The notes under the pieces are model-generated. The model did not search any database and was not told the DNA's origin. It saw nothing but the letters and a program-made list of their open reading frames with translations. Position numbers and translations under genes: made by a program. Below, piece by piece: positions 1 to 10,022 of a stretch of 32,000 bases of DNA (positions are counted from its first letter, which is position 1; each line of letters begins with the position of its first letter). This stretch comes from Candidatus Saccharimonadota bacterium (GTDB lineage Bacteria; Bacteroidota; Bacteroidia; Flavobacteriales; Blattabacteriaceae), in the NCBI RefSeq assembly GCF_014252415.1, contig NZ_CP059223.1, positions 450,001 to 482,000 of the forward strand, written 5' to 3'.

Positions 1-18
1 AAATTGTCCATATAATAA

Positions 19-2055
19 TTATTTATAAGACCTTGATTCTATTTTAATATATTTAAAATCTAAATTTTCTTTATGAATCATTTCTTCACTAATTTTTTTA
101 TTCGATAAATATTCCCAAGCAAAAACATTTTTATATTTTATGTCATCACGTAATGCTTCTCCATCTTTTGTTTGATATTCTTCTCTAAAATGACTACCAC
201 AAGATTCATTTCTCTTTAAAGCATCCATAGCCATCAATTCTCCTAATTCTAAAAAATCAGCTAATCGTATAGCTTTTTCTAGTTCATAATTCATTCCATT
301 TTCTATTTCATTTCCAGGTACTATAACATTTTTCCAAAATTCATTACGAATTTCTTTTATATATTCTATAGACTTCATTAATCCATTAACATTTCTTGTC
401 ATTCCTATATATTTCCACATAATATTTCCAAGCTTTTTATGAAAAAAATCTACTGATTTTTTACCTTTTATTTTAATTAGTTTTCTAATTATATTTTTTA
501 CTTTTTTTTCAGATTTTGTAAATTCATTATTTTTTACTGTTAATTTATGTTTTTCATTTACATATTTAGATAAATAATTAGAAATAGTATAAGGAAGAAT
601 AAAGTATCCATCTGCCAATCCTTGCATTAATGCCGAAGCACCTAATCTATTAGCTCCATGATCTGAAAAATTTGCTTCTCCTATAACAAAACATCCTGGA
701 ATAGTAGACATTAGATGATAATCAACCCATAACCCCCCCATAGTATAATGAACTGCAGGATAAATTTTCATAGGAACATAAAATGGGTCATCATTAGTAA
801 TTCTTTTATACATATGAAATAAATTACCATATTTAGCATTTATTACTTTTTTCCCCATATTTTTTAATTTTGAATAATTTATTCTTTTTAAATCCATACC
901 TAATTCATTCGCTATTTCTTTTCCATATTTAATCATAGAATGTTCAAAATCTAAAAATACTCCTTCTTTTGTTTCATTGTTTTCTATACCATATCCTTTA
1001 TCACAACGTTCTTTAGAGGCTCTAGATGCTACATCTCTTGGAACAAGATTTCCAAAAGAAGGATAACGTCTTTCTAAAAAATAGTCTCTTTCTTTTTCAT
1101 TAATATCCGATGGTTTTTTTTTACCAATCCGTATTAAAACAGAATCTTCAATTTTTATTGGTACCCATATTCTTCCATCATTACGTAATGATTCAGACAT
1201 TAATGTTAATTTAGATTGATAATTACCATGTATTGGTATACATGTTGGATGTATTTGTGTAAAACATGGATTAGCAAAATATCCTCCATTTTTATGAACT
1301 TTCCATATAACACTAGCATTAGACCCCATAGCATTAGTAGATAAAAAAAATATATTACCATATCCTCCCGAAGCTATAACTACAGCATGGGATACATGTT
1401 TTTCTATTTCTCCAGTTAATAAATTTCTAGTAATTATACCTCTAGCACATCCGTCAACAATTACTAAATCCAACATATCATGTCTACTATACATTTTTAT
1501 TCTTCCTTTCCCTATTTGCCTAGACATGGCAGAATAACAAGCTAATAAAAGTTGTTGACCAGTTTGTCCTTTTGAATAAAAAGTTCTTGAAACTTTTGTT
1601 CCTCCAAATGATCTAGTATCAAGATAACCAGCATAATCACGAGCAAAAGGAACACCTTGTGCCACACATTGATCTATAATATCAGAAGATATTTCTGATA
1701 AACGATATACATTAGATTCTCTAGATCTAAAATCACCACCTTTTATTGTATCATAAAATAATTGATAAGTTGAATCGTTATCAATTTTATAATTTTTAGA
1801 AGCATTAATTCCTCCCTGAGCTGCAACAGAATGAGCTCTTCTTGGAGAATCTTGATAACAAAACGATTTTACTTTATAACCTAATTCAGCCAGAGTTGAT
1901 GCAGCAGATCCACCCGCAAGTCCTGTACCAACTACGATTATTTCTATCTTATTTCGATTATTAGGTGATATTTTTTTTAGAGAATATTTACAATTTCTCC
2001 ATTTTTCATATAAATTTCCTTTCGGAATTCTTGAATTTAAATTATTTTTTTGCAT
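19..2055 (-). CDS. sdhA: Succinate dehydrogenase/fumarate reductase flavoprotein subunit
   Basis: 678-aa ORF. It has an N-terminal FAD-binding Rossmann motif ([14 protein letters not shown]), then [10 protein letters not shown], and a conserved HPT/HYTMGG core typical of the long Bacteroidetes-type SdhA/FrdA. It lies directly downstream of a cytochrome b subunit gene. Confidence 0.93.
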   Translation of the reverse strand: MQKNNLNSRIPKGNLYEKWRNCKYSLKKISPNNRNKIEIIVVGTGLAGGSAASTLAELGYKVKSFCYQDSPRRAHSVAAQGGINASKNYKIDNDSTYQLFYDTIKGGDFRSRESNVYRLSEISSDIIDQCVAQGVPFARDYAGYLDTRSFGGTKVSRTFYSKGQTGQQLLLACYSAMSRQIGKGRIKMYSRHDMLDLVIVDGCARGIITRNLLTGEIEKHVSHAVVIASGGYGNIFFLSTNAMGSNASVIWKVHKNGGYFANPCFTQIHPTCIPIHGNYQSKLTLMSESLRNDGRIWVPIKIEDSVLIRIGKKKPSDINEKERDYFLERRYPSFGNLVPRDVASRASKERCDKGYGIENNETKEGVFLDFEHSMIKYGKEIANELGMDLKRINYSKLKNMGKKVINAKYGNLFHMYKRITNDDPFYVPMKIYPAVHYTMGGLWVDYHLMSTIPGCFVIGEANFSDHGANRLGASALMQGLADGYFILPYTISNYLSKYVNEKHKLTVKNNEFTKSEKKVKNIIRKLIKIKGKKSVDFFHKKLGNIMWKYIGMTRNVNGLMKSIEYIKEIRNEFWKNVIVPGNEIENGMNYELEKAIRLADFLELGELMAMDALKRNESCGSHFREEYQTKDGEALRDDIKYKNVFAWEYLSNKKISEEMIHKENLDFKYIKIESRSYK

Positions 2056-2083
2056 TTAATTAATTACAAATAGATCATTAATA

Positions 2084-2734
2084 TTAATTAAAAAAAAACC
2101 AAATAGCAATTAAAGAAAATCCAGAACAAATAAACCATAAATAAAAATATCCTAATAGTTTTATCCAAACTATACTTTTTTTACTAGATAATCCTAACGT
2201 TTGAAAAACCGATTGAAATCCATGATTTAAATGAATTCCAAGAATTATAAAAGAAAATATATATATAAAGGTATAAAATGGATTTTTAAATAAAGAAGTT
2301 ACTATATAATAATCTGAAATATAATTATTAGAAGAATATTTCATAGGAAATGAAAAATTTATTAAATGTAATATTATAAAACATAAAATTAATATTCCTG
2401 TAATTATCATTTTTCTATTAATCAATGCATTAATTATAGAGAAAAAATTCATATATCTTTGATTTCCTTTAGATATTTTATTTTGAACGGATAATTTTAT
2501 TCCCATGAAAATATGAATAATAAATCCAGAAGCAAGAAAATATTCCATTATACGAATAATAATATTTTTTTTCATAAAAAAAACTGCATTATTAAATGCT
2601 GATTCTCCTAAAAAAAGAAATAAATTAACACTTAAATGTAATAACAAAAAAATCATGAGAAAAATTCCAGTAAATGCCATAATTATTTTCTTACCAATAG
2701 AAGATTGAAAAATATTTAAATAACTTATATTCAC
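2084..2734 (-). CDS. sdhC: Succinate dehydrogenase cytochrome b subunit (Bacteroidetes-type, multi-TM)
   Basis: 216-aa very hydrophobic ORF with about 5 predicted TM segments and conserved His residues (HLSVN, HIFMG, HLINF, HLNHG). It sits 28 nt upstream of sdhA on the same strand, matching sdhC-sdhA-sdhB operon order. Confidence 0.8.
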   Translation of the reverse strand: MNISYLNIFQSSIGKKIIMAFTGIFLMIFLLLHLSVNLFLFLGESAFNNAVFFMKKNIIIRIMEYFLASGFIIHIFMGIKLSVQNKISKGNQRYMNFFSIINALINRKMIITGILILCFIILHLINFSFPMKYSSNNYISDYYIVTSLFKNPFYTFIYIFSFIILGIHLNHGFQSVFQTLGLSSKKSIVWIKLLGYFYLWFICSGFSLIAIWFFFN

Positions 2735-2746
2735 TTTGATTTATTT

Positions 2747-3907
2747 TTATTTAATTTTAATCTCTTTTAGAGCTTTTATAAACAAATCTATATCTTTTTT
2801 TTCATTAAAAATTCCAAAAGATATTCTTATGGGCATCATTTTTTTTAAAAATATTTTATCTGTAATTAATTGAATAACATGAGAAGTTTTATTTTTATAA
2901 CTTTTACAAGAACTTCCCTTGGAGATAGAAATTCCCATTAAATCTAATTGAAAATAAAATAAATAATCTATTTTTGATGTAGGATATAAAAAATTTAGTA
3001 TAGAATGACTACTTCTATTTAAATCCCTAGATAATCCATTAAATATTATAGATGGAATAAATTTTTCTAATTGTAGAATACAATAGGATTTTAATTCCTT
3101 AATTTTTTTTATATGATTTTTTAAATTATGATAAGATAATTGTAATGCTGTTGATGCCCCTACTATTCCTGATATATTTTCAGTACCTAAACGAATACCA
3201 TATTCTTGTTGATTATTTCCTATAATAATTTTATTTAAAATATTCTTCCTAATAAAAACAAATCCTATTCCTTTTGGTCCATAAAACTTATGAGCACTTG
3301 CAGTTATAAAATCTATTTTTAGTTTTTTCATATTAATAGGAAAATTTCCTATAAACTGAATAGCATCAGAATGAAAATAAGAATTATATTTATTACATAA
3401 ATCAATAACTGATTGTACGTTCAATATATTTCCAATTTCATTATTAACATACATTAAACTAACTAAAATATTATTTGAATATGAAGAAAATTTTTTCATT
3501 AAATAATCTATATGATTTAAATCAATAATTCCATTTTTATCAAAATGAATAAAATTAACGGATATATTATTTTTTTTAGATAAACTATTAATTGAATTTA
3601 AAACGGAAATATGTTCTATTTTAGAAGTGAAAATATGTTTAATATTTAAATATTGTATAGAAAATTTAAATACTAATTCATTTGCCTCAGTTCCTCCAGA
3701 TGTAAAAATAATTTCATTAGGATCAGAATTTATAATATTAGCTATATTCATTCTAGATTCTTCTATTAAAGATCTAGCCTTTCTTCCATAACTATGTTGT
3801 AAAGATGATGGATTTCCAAATGTATATTTTAAGGTATCCATCATGATTTTTATTACTTCATTTCTTACAGGAGTCGATGCTGCATTATCTAAATATACTT
3901 TTTTCAT
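2747..3907 (-). CDS. Cysteine desulfurase (class V aminotransferase, NifS/IscS-like)
   Basis: 386-aa ORF. Motifs: N-terminal YLDNAASTP, TSGGTEANE, the PLP-lysine motif SAHKFYGPKGIG, and a catalytic-loop-like SKGSSCKS. Confidence 0.88.
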   Translation of the reverse strand: MKKVYLDNAASTPVRNEVIKIMMDTLKYTFGNPSSLQHSYGRKARSLIEESRMNIANIINSDPNEIIFTSGGTEANELVFKFSIQYLNIKHIFTSKIEHISVLNSINSLSKKNNISVNFIHFDKNGIIDLNHIDYLMKKFSSYSNNILVSLMYVNNEIGNILNVQSVIDLCNKYNSYFHSDAIQFIGNFPINMKKLKIDFITASAHKFYGPKGIGFVFIRKNILNKIIIGNNQQEYGIRLGTENISGIVGASTALQLSYHNLKNHIKKIKELKSYCILQLEKFIPSIIFNGLSRDLNRSSHSILNFLYPTSKIDYLFYFQLDLMGISISKGSSCKSYKNKTSHVIQLITDKIFLKKMMPIRISFGIFNEKKDIDLFIKALKEIKIK

Positions 3908-4085
3908 TTTTTCTGATTTTTAAAATTATCACAAAAAATTAAATTGATTTTTATTCATTATTAATTAATTTAATCAAAAAAATAAATTTAACATAGTATC
4001 AAAAATATTTGTATTTATTTTAAAGTTTATTTTTATTTAATAAATTGTATTGAATGGAAATAAATATTGAAGTTTTTTCTTATTG

Positions 4086-4132
4086 ATTTTTTAAATTATT
4101 ATATATTAATTAATTTTTTAAATTATTATATA
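4086..4132. repeat. Perfect 20-nt direct repeat (attttttaaattattatata) x2, copies at 4086..4105 and 4113..4132
   Basis: Read directly from the sequence. The two copies start 27 nt apart inside the 585-bp intergenic spacer. The low-complexity A/T composition lowers the significance. Confidence 0.6.
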
Positions 4133-4492
4133 ATTATTTAGAAGATTAGAAGCAAAATAAAAAAATAATTTAAAGTAAAAAAGAATTATAAAATTAAAAA
4201 AAGTCAATTAAAATTAATTATTGTTATGAATTATAATGATTAAAAAAAAATCATAATTAACAATAATTCAAATTAAGATATATAAGATATAAAAATCAAT
4301 ATCAATTTTTATTTTCAATAAAAATCAAATTATCAAATTGAATTGATATAAAATAAATTAAAATGTAAAAATATAAGAATCTTAATGATCTTATAATAAA
4401 ACAAAAAAATAAAATGACTTAATTAATGTCAAATAAAATTAATAATAATTATATAAAACAATGGCTATAGCTAGCTAGATAAAAAAAAGATT

Positions 4493-5461
4493 ATGAAACA
4501 TTCTCCCATAACTTATTTTATAAAGAAATATTTTTGTCATTTTAATGCTCTAAGTTTATACGAAGCAGCAAAATCATACAAAAATCATATTGAAAATAAT
4601 GGAAAAATGATGATTACATTAGCAGGAGCTATGAGCACTGCAGAAATAGGAAAAATTTTAGCTGATATGATTAGAAAAGGAAAGGTACATATTATTTCTT
4701 GTACGGGAGCTAACTTAGAAGAAGATATATTAAATTTAATATCAAAATCTTTTTATAAAAATATTATTAATTACAAAGATTTAACTCCTAATGATGAAGA
4801 AAATTTATTAAAAAAAGGATATAACAGAATAACAGATACTTGTATACCAGAAGAAATGGCTTTTAAAAAATTACAAAAACATATTTTCTTTGTATGGGAT
4901 CAAGCAAAAAAAAAATCAAAACGATATTTTCCTCATGAATATATATATCAAATTTTGTTAGAAAATATGTTAGAACCATATAATATAAATCCCAATGATA
5001 GTTGGGTTTTAGCTGCAGCTAAAAAAAATATACCATTAATAGTTCCAGGATGGGAAGATAGTACAATGGGAAATATTTTTTCATCATATTGTATAAAGAA
5101 ATTATTTGATCCTTTTTTAATAAAAAGCGGTATTGAATATATGATTTATTTGTCTAATTGGTATAAAAAAGAATGTAATAAACATAAAATAGGGTTTTTT
5201 CAAATTGGAGGGGGGATTTCTGGAGATTTTCCTATATGTGTCGTACCTATGTTATCTCAAGATGTTGGTACTCCAACTCCATTATGGGATTATTTTTGTC
5301 AAATTTCTGATTCTACTACCAGTTATGGATCTTATTCTGGAGCAGTTCCTAATGAAAAAATAACTTGGGGAAAGTTAAATAAAAATACTCCAAAATTTAT
5401 GATTGAATCAGATGCTACTATAGTAGCTCCATTAATTTTTGCATATATATTAAATATGTAA
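4493..5461 (+). CDS. Deoxyhypusine synthase family protein (bacterial DHS-like)
   Basis: 322-aa ORF. The LAGAMSTAEIG, SCTGANLEEDI and QIGGGISGDFP segments resemble the NAD-binding DHS fold found in roughly 320-aa flavobacterial DHS-like proteins. Confidence 0.82.
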   Translation: MKHSPITYFIKKYFCHFNALSLYEAAKSYKNHIENNGKMMITLAGAMSTAEIGKILADMIRKGKVHIISCTGANLEEDILNLISKSFYKNIINYKDLTPNDEENLLKKGYNRITDTCIPEEMAFKKLQKHIFFVWDQAKKKSKRYFPHEYIYQILLENMLEPYNINPNDSWVLAAAKKNIPLIVPGWEDSTMGNIFSSYCIKKLFDPFLIKSGIEYMIYLSNWYKKECNKHKIGFFQIGGGISGDFPICVVPMLSQDVGTPTPLWDYFCQISDSTTSYGSYSGAVPNEKITWGKLNKNTPKFMIESDATIVAPLIFAYILNM

Positions 5462-5483
5462 TTTTATTTTAAAATAAATTATT

Positions 5484-6905
5484 ATGAACAATATATCATC
5501 ATATGATCTTATAATTATAGGATCTGGTCCTGGAGGATATGTTTCAGCGATTAGATCTAGTCAACTTGGATTAAAAACTGCAATTATAGAAAAATATTCG
5601 TCATTAGGTGGGACATGTTTAAATGTAGGATGTATTCCATCAAAATGCCTTTTAGATTCTTCTAAAAAATTTTTTTTAGCAAAAAAAAATTTTTACTCAC
5701 ATGGAATATTTTTTGAAAATTTAAAATTTGATTTAAAAAAAATTATAAATAGAAAAGATAAAGTAATTGAAAATATAAACAATGGAATTAAATATTTAAT
5801 GAAAAAAAATAAAATAGATATTTATCATGGAATTGGGTATTTTAAAACAAAAAATATATTATCTATTTTTGATGAAAAATTAATGACAGAAAAAGAAAAA
5901 ATTAAATTTAATTTTTGTATCATAGCCACTGGATCTAAACCAATAAAATTTCCTTATATAAAAAAATTTAAAAAAAATATTATATCCTCTACAGAGGCAT
6001 TAAATATAAAAGAAGTTCCAAAAAGATTAATAACAATTGGAGGAGGTATTATTGGATTAGAATTAAGTTCTATTTTTAATAGATTAGGTAGTGAAGTTAC
6101 TATTATTGATAATATGAAACATATTATATCTAATATGGACGAATCATTAAGTAATGAAATGAAAAAAATATTGGAAAAATCATCTATAAAAATAAATACA
6201 TCTTTATCAATTGAAAACATAATCTCTGATGACTATAATATATCTGTTATCACAAAAAATAAATTAGGAGAAAAAATATTATTTAAGGGAGATTATTGTT
6301 TAATATCAGTAGGAAGAAAAGCTTATACTGAAAATTTAGGATTAAATAATATAGGAATAAAAACTGACAAAAATGGTTTTATTATAGTAAATTCTTTCTT
6401 ACAAAGTACATTAAATAATATTTATGCAATTGGAGATGTTATTGGAGGTAAAATGCTAGCACATAAAGCAGAAGAAGAAGGTCTCTATGCTGTTGAACAC
6501 ATTTCAGGACAAAAACCTAATAAAATCAATTATAATTTAGTACCATCAGTAATTTATACTCATCCTGAAGTAGCAAGTGTCGGATATACAGAAAATGAAT
6601 TGAAAAAAAATAGATTAAAATACAATGTAGGAATTTTTCCAATGAAAGCTTTAGGTAGAGCTCATACTATTGGAAATACAATTGGTTTTTTAAAAATGAT
6701 TACTGATAAAGTAACGGACGAAATTCTAGGAGTTCATATAATTAGTGATGCTGCTTCAGAAATGATCATGGAAGCGGTAGTTTCTATGGAATTTAAAGCT
6801 TCTTCTGAAGATATATATAGAATATGTCATCCTCATCCTAGTTTTAGTGAGTCTTTTAAAGAAGCTTCATTATTAAATTTTGAAAATCGTGCAATTCATA
6901 TATAA
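5484..6905 (+). CDS. lpdA: Dihydrolipoyl dehydrogenase (E3 component)
   Basis: 473-aa ORF. It has the GSGPGGY FAD motif, the redox-active disulfide GGTCLNVGCIPSK, a second Rossmann motif GGGIIGLE, and a C-terminal HPHPSFSE dimerisation/active-site His motif. Confidence 0.94.
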   Translation: MNNISSYDLIIIGSGPGGYVSAIRSSQLGLKTAIIEKYSSLGGTCLNVGCIPSKCLLDSSKKFFLAKKNFYSHGIFFENLKFDLKKIINRKDKVIENINNGIKYLMKKNKIDIYHGIGYFKTKNILSIFDEKLMTEKEKIKFNFCIIATGSKPIKFPYIKKFKKNIISSTEALNIKEVPKRLITIGGGIIGLELSSIFNRLGSEVTIIDNMKHIISNMDESLSNEMKKILEKSSIKINTSLSIENIISDDYNISVITKNKLGEKILFKGDYCLISVGRKAYTENLGLNNIGIKTDKNGFIIVNSFLQSTLNNIYAIGDVIGGKMLAHKAEEEGLYAVEHISGQKPNKINYNLVPSVIYTHPEVASVGYTENELKKNRLKYNVGIFPMKALGRAHTIGNTIGFLKMITDKVTDEILGVHIISDAASEMIMEAVVSMEFKASSEDIYRICHPHPSFSESFKEASLLNFENRAIHI

Positions 6906-7577
6906 TCATTTCCATTCAATAATTGGTTTTTTATATGTATATAAAAATTTATTAGTTTTTAAAAAATGTCTACATCCAATGAAACCCAAATGAGAAGAAA
7001 ATGGAGATGGATGAGATGTTTTTAAAATATAATGATCGTTTTTAACGAAAATTAAATTTTCTTTTTCATGAGCATATTTTCCCCATAAAAGAAAAACAAT
7101 ATGTTTTTTTTTTAATGAAATTATATGTATAATTTTATTTGTAAATATTTCCCATCCACGATTTTTATGTGATTTTGGAATTCCATTTCTAACAGTTAAT
7201 ATAGAATTTAATAATAATACACCTTGTTTTGCCCATCTAATTAATGATCCATTATTAGGATATTTTTTATAATTAAAACAATTATTTATTTCTATAAAAA
7301 TATTCTTCAAAGAAGGAGGAAATGAAATTCCATTAGGAACAGAAAAACATAATCCATCTGCCTGTCCTTTTTTATAATAAGGATCTTGTCCTAATAAAAC
7401 TACTTTTATAGTATGAAAAGGACAGTATTTCATAAAAGAAAAAATATTTTCTTGTTTTGGATAACAATTATAATTTATATATTCAAATCGAAGAAATTTC
7501 AATAATTTTTTAAAATAATATTCCTCACATTCTTTTTTTATAAAAATCTTCCAGTTAAATTTATCATTTTTATCCAT
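6906..7577 (-). CDS. ung: Uracil-DNA glycosylase (family 1)
   Basis: 223-aa ORF with the catalytic GQDPY motif, LLLN, and the HPSPFS leucine-loop region. Confidence 0.93.
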   Translation of the reverse strand: MDKNDKFNWKIFIKKECEEYYFKKLLKFLRFEYINYNCYPKQENIFSFMKYCPFHTIKVVLLGQDPYYKKGQADGLCFSVPNGISFPPSLKNIFIEINNCFNYKKYPNNGSLIRWAKQGVLLLNSILTVRNGIPKSHKNRGWEIFTNKIIHIISLKKKHIVFLLWGKYAHEKENLIFVKNDHYILKTSHPSPFSSHLGFIGCRHFLKTNKFLYTYKKPIIEWK

Positions 7578-7905
7578 GTAAAAATAATTTTTTATTTATT
7601 AAATCTTTTTTAGTTTCTATATTTTTTTTATCTAAAATACAACAATTTACTGGACATATTTCTATACACTGTGGTTCATCATAAAATCCTATACATTCTG
7701 TACATTTTTCCTTAATAATAAAGTATATATTATTTTTTATTGGATTATTAAATAATGTAGGATCATAATTAATATTAGATCCTTTTTTTAAAGAAGTTCC
7801 GTCTGACATTCTCCATTTTTTTCCTCCTTCGTAAATTGCTTTGTTTGGACATTCAGGTTCACATGCACCACAATTTATACAATCATTTGTAATTTTTATA
7901 GACAT
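7570..7905 (-). CDS. 4Fe-4S dicluster ferredoxin
   Basis: 111-aa ORF with two cluster motifs, [12 protein letters not shown] and [18 protein letters not shown]. It overlaps the ung start by 8 nt. Confidence 0.85.
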   Translation of the reverse strand: MSIKITNDCINCGACEPECPNKAIYEGGKKWRMSDGTSLKKGSNINYDPTLFNNPIKNNIYFIIKEKCTECIGFYDEPQCIEICPVNCCILDKKNIETKKDLINKKLFLHG

Positions 7906-7926
7906 AAAATTTTTTATATTACAACA

Positions 7927-8976
7927 ATGATAAAAATAATAAAAAGTTTTGTTACTTTAGGTAAGTTATTATCAGAATTCAAAAATATATATAAAAAAAA
8001 ATATAGATATACATATTTTAATAAATTTTTTGTAGAATTTGAATCCTTATTAACAAAAAAACAATGGTTTTTAAAAGAAGATTTGATTATATCATTTGAT
8101 TATTGGAGTAAAGTTTTAAAAAAAGATAAAATAGAATCATGGATTGAAAAATATCCTATTAATAGAAATCAAAAAAATGTCCTCGTTATAATGCCTGGTA
8201 ATATTCCTATGGCAGGGTTTCATGATTTATTATGTGTTATTTTATCAGGAAATAATATAATAATAAAGTTATCAGAAAAAGATAATATTATTATTCCTAT
8301 AATATGTAGAATATTAATTAATGAAAATTCATCAATTAAAAATAAGATTAAATTCACAAAAAATTTTTTAAATGAAAAATATGATTGTGTAATTGCTACA
8401 GGGAATAATAATTCCTTTCGATATTTTAATTTTTTTTTTTTAAAAAAAAATATTCCATCTTTGATTAGAAAAAATAGAATATCTATATCCGTATTACAAG
8501 GAAATGAAAATAAAAATGATTTATTGAACTTATCGAAAGATATTTTATATTATTATGGAAGAGGATGTAGAAATGTAGGAAAAATATTTATACCATACAA
8601 TTATAATATAGATTTAATATTAAAGTCATCATATATATGTAGATATGTAAAAAAAAATAGAAAATATATGAATAACTATAAATATTATAAATCCATTTTT
8701 ATAATGAACAAAATTAATTTTTTTAAAAATGAATTTTTAATTCTTAAAAAAGAAAAAAAATATAATAGCCCGATTTCTATTTTATATTATGAATTTTATA
8801 AAAATTTAGAAAATTTAAAAAAAAATATTTATAATTATCATAAAAATATACAATGTATTATATCAAAAAATTTTATAAAAGAAGAAATTCATTTTGGAAC
8901 ATCTCAATATCCAAAATTAGAAGAATATCCAGATAAAATTGATACTATCAAATTTTTAAATAAATTAATAAAATGA
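7927..8976 (+). CDS. Acyl-CoA reductase (LuxC-like) family protein
   Basis: 349-aa ORF. Its size and N-terminal [11 protein letters not shown] segment, and its divergent pairing with a ferredoxin gene, match what is typical of Flavobacteriia. The family call rests on recalled similarity and synteny, not on a strong motif. Confidence 0.6.
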   Translation: MIKIIKSFVTLGKLLSEFKNIYKKKYRYTYFNKFFVEFESLLTKKQWFLKEDLIISFDYWSKVLKKDKIESWIEKYPINRNQKNVLVIMPGNIPMAGFHDLLCVILSGNNIIIKLSEKDNIIIPIICRILINENSSIKNKIKFTKNFLNEKYDCVIATGNNNSFRYFNFFFLKKNIPSLIRKNRISISVLQGNENKNDLLNLSKDILYYYGRGCRNVGKIFIPYNYNIDLILKSSYICRYVKKNRKYMNNYKYYKSIFIMNKINFFKNEFLILKKEKKYNSPISILYYEFYKNLENLKKNIYNYHKNIQCIISKNFIKEEIHFGTSQYPKLEEYPDKIDTIKFLNKLIK

Positions 8977-9993
8977 TTTTATAATTAGTATATCTGTATC
9001 AATATTTTTTTTTAAAATTATATTTCCATTTACTATAGGAGCATTCAAACCGTCATTAAAAATTTTATTAGATATAAAAACACGAGATTCATCCCAAATA
9101 TTTTTTTTTATAAAAATCTCTAATATTTTTTTTCCTCCTTCTACGATTATAGATTGTATTTTTTTTTTGAATAAAAAAAATAATATTTGTTCTAATAATT
9201 TTTGATCAAAACAAATTTGAATAAATTCTATTTTATTATTTTTTTTTTCAATTTTTTTTTCTGTAAATATAATAGTATCTTGTTTATTATCAAATAGATG
9301 ATAATAATTAGGAATGCTTAATTCTTTGTCTAAAAAAATTTTTACTGGATTTTTTCCATTCCATTTTATAGTATTCAATTCAGGATTATCCATTAATATA
9401 GTTTTTTCTCCAACTAAAATACTATCTTCTTCTGATCTCCATTTATGAGTTAATTGCCTAGAATAAATATTACTAATACATTCATTTTTTTTAAATGAAG
9501 AAGCAATAAATCCGTCATAACTTTGATCCCATTTTAGTATAATAAATGGTCGATTTTTTTCATAAAATGTAAAAAATCGTTTATTTATAATTCTACATTG
9601 ATCATGTAAATAATTCTCAATTACTTTTATTCCGTATTTTTTTAATTTTTTTATCCCTATTCTACTTTTTATAAATGGAGATTTCGCCCCTATTACAACT
9701 ATAGAAATTTTTTTTTTTATTATTAAATCTACACATGAAGGAGTTGTTCCTAAATGACTACATGGTTCTAACGTTACATAAAGAGTTGATTTTAAGAATA
9801 AGGAATCATTTTTAATTTTATTTATTGCTTTTACTTCTGCATGTTCATTTTCACATTGATAATTCCATGCTTCGGAAATAATTAACCCATTTATTTCTAT
9901 AACACATCCAACTATTGGATTAGGGGAAATTATCCCTATTCCATTATTAGCCAATTGTATAGCCCTTTCCATAAATAATTTTTTAATTTTCAT
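8965..9993 (-). CDS. ribD: Bifunctional riboflavin biosynthesis protein RibD (pyrimidine deaminase / uracil reductase)
   Basis: 342-aa ORF with the cytidine-deaminase zinc motifs HAEVKAI and LEPCSHLGTTPSC. The C-terminal half resembles the RibD reductase domain (VEGGKKI). Confidence 0.9.
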   Translation of the reverse strand: MKIKKLFMERAIQLANNGIGIISPNPIVGCVIEINGLIISEAWNYQCENEHAEVKAINKIKNDSLFLKSTLYVTLEPCSHLGTTPSCVDLIIKKKISIVVIGAKSPFIKSRIGIKKLKKYGIKVIENYLHDQCRIINKRFFTFYEKNRPFIILKWDQSYDGFIASSFKKNECISNIYSRQLTHKWRSEEDSILVGEKTILMDNPELNTIKWNGKNPVKIFLDKELSIPNYYHLFDNKQDTIIFTEKKIEKKNNKIEFIQICFDQKLLEQILFFLFKKKIQSIIVEGGKKILEIFIKKNIWDESRVFISNKIFNDGLNAPIVNGNIILKKNIDTDILIIKSFY

Positions 9994-10022
9994 AAAAAAA
10001 AATTTAATCTCTAATTTTTAAT

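Noticed and set aside
1-11. Possible start of sdhB on the minus strand (ATGGACAATTT, ATG at 11..9, 7 nt after the sdhA stop).
   Set aside because: Operon logic (sdhC-sdhA-sdhB) makes it plausible, but only 11 nt are in the window, which is too little to support a feature call.
4210-4275. Imperfect inverted repeat (aattattgtta...tcataattaacaataatt) flanking an A9 run in the long spacer, a possible hairpin or terminator.
   Set aside because: The arms align only with gaps and mismatches, the pairing is all A/T (very low stability), and it lies between divergent gene starts, where a terminator makes no sense.
4468-4477. A 10-bp perfect palindrome, tagctagcta, 15 nt upstream of the DHS-like start codon. 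It is the only G/C-containing patch in the long spacer.
   Set aside because: Short palindromes of this length are expected by chance many times in 32 kb. I see no second copy and no associated regulator gene, so an operator or regulatory site cannot be supported.
5954-6220. Nested ORFs in the supplied track that lie inside well-supported genes. On the opposite strand: 5954..6220 (lpdA), 15708..15896 (CDF), 17507..17890 (murA), 18458..18727 (greA), 19520..19705 (coaX), 20621..20830 (hydrolase), 28548..28736 (rluD), 30631..30855 (leuS). On the same strand but in a different frame: 24005..24220 (feoB).
   Set aside because: Each lies entirely inside a conserved gene and has low-complexity, hydrophobic or odd composition with no recognisable motifs. 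They are best explained as chance open frames. The 127-aa murA antisense ORF coincides with a locally less AT-rich stretch, where stop codons are rarer.
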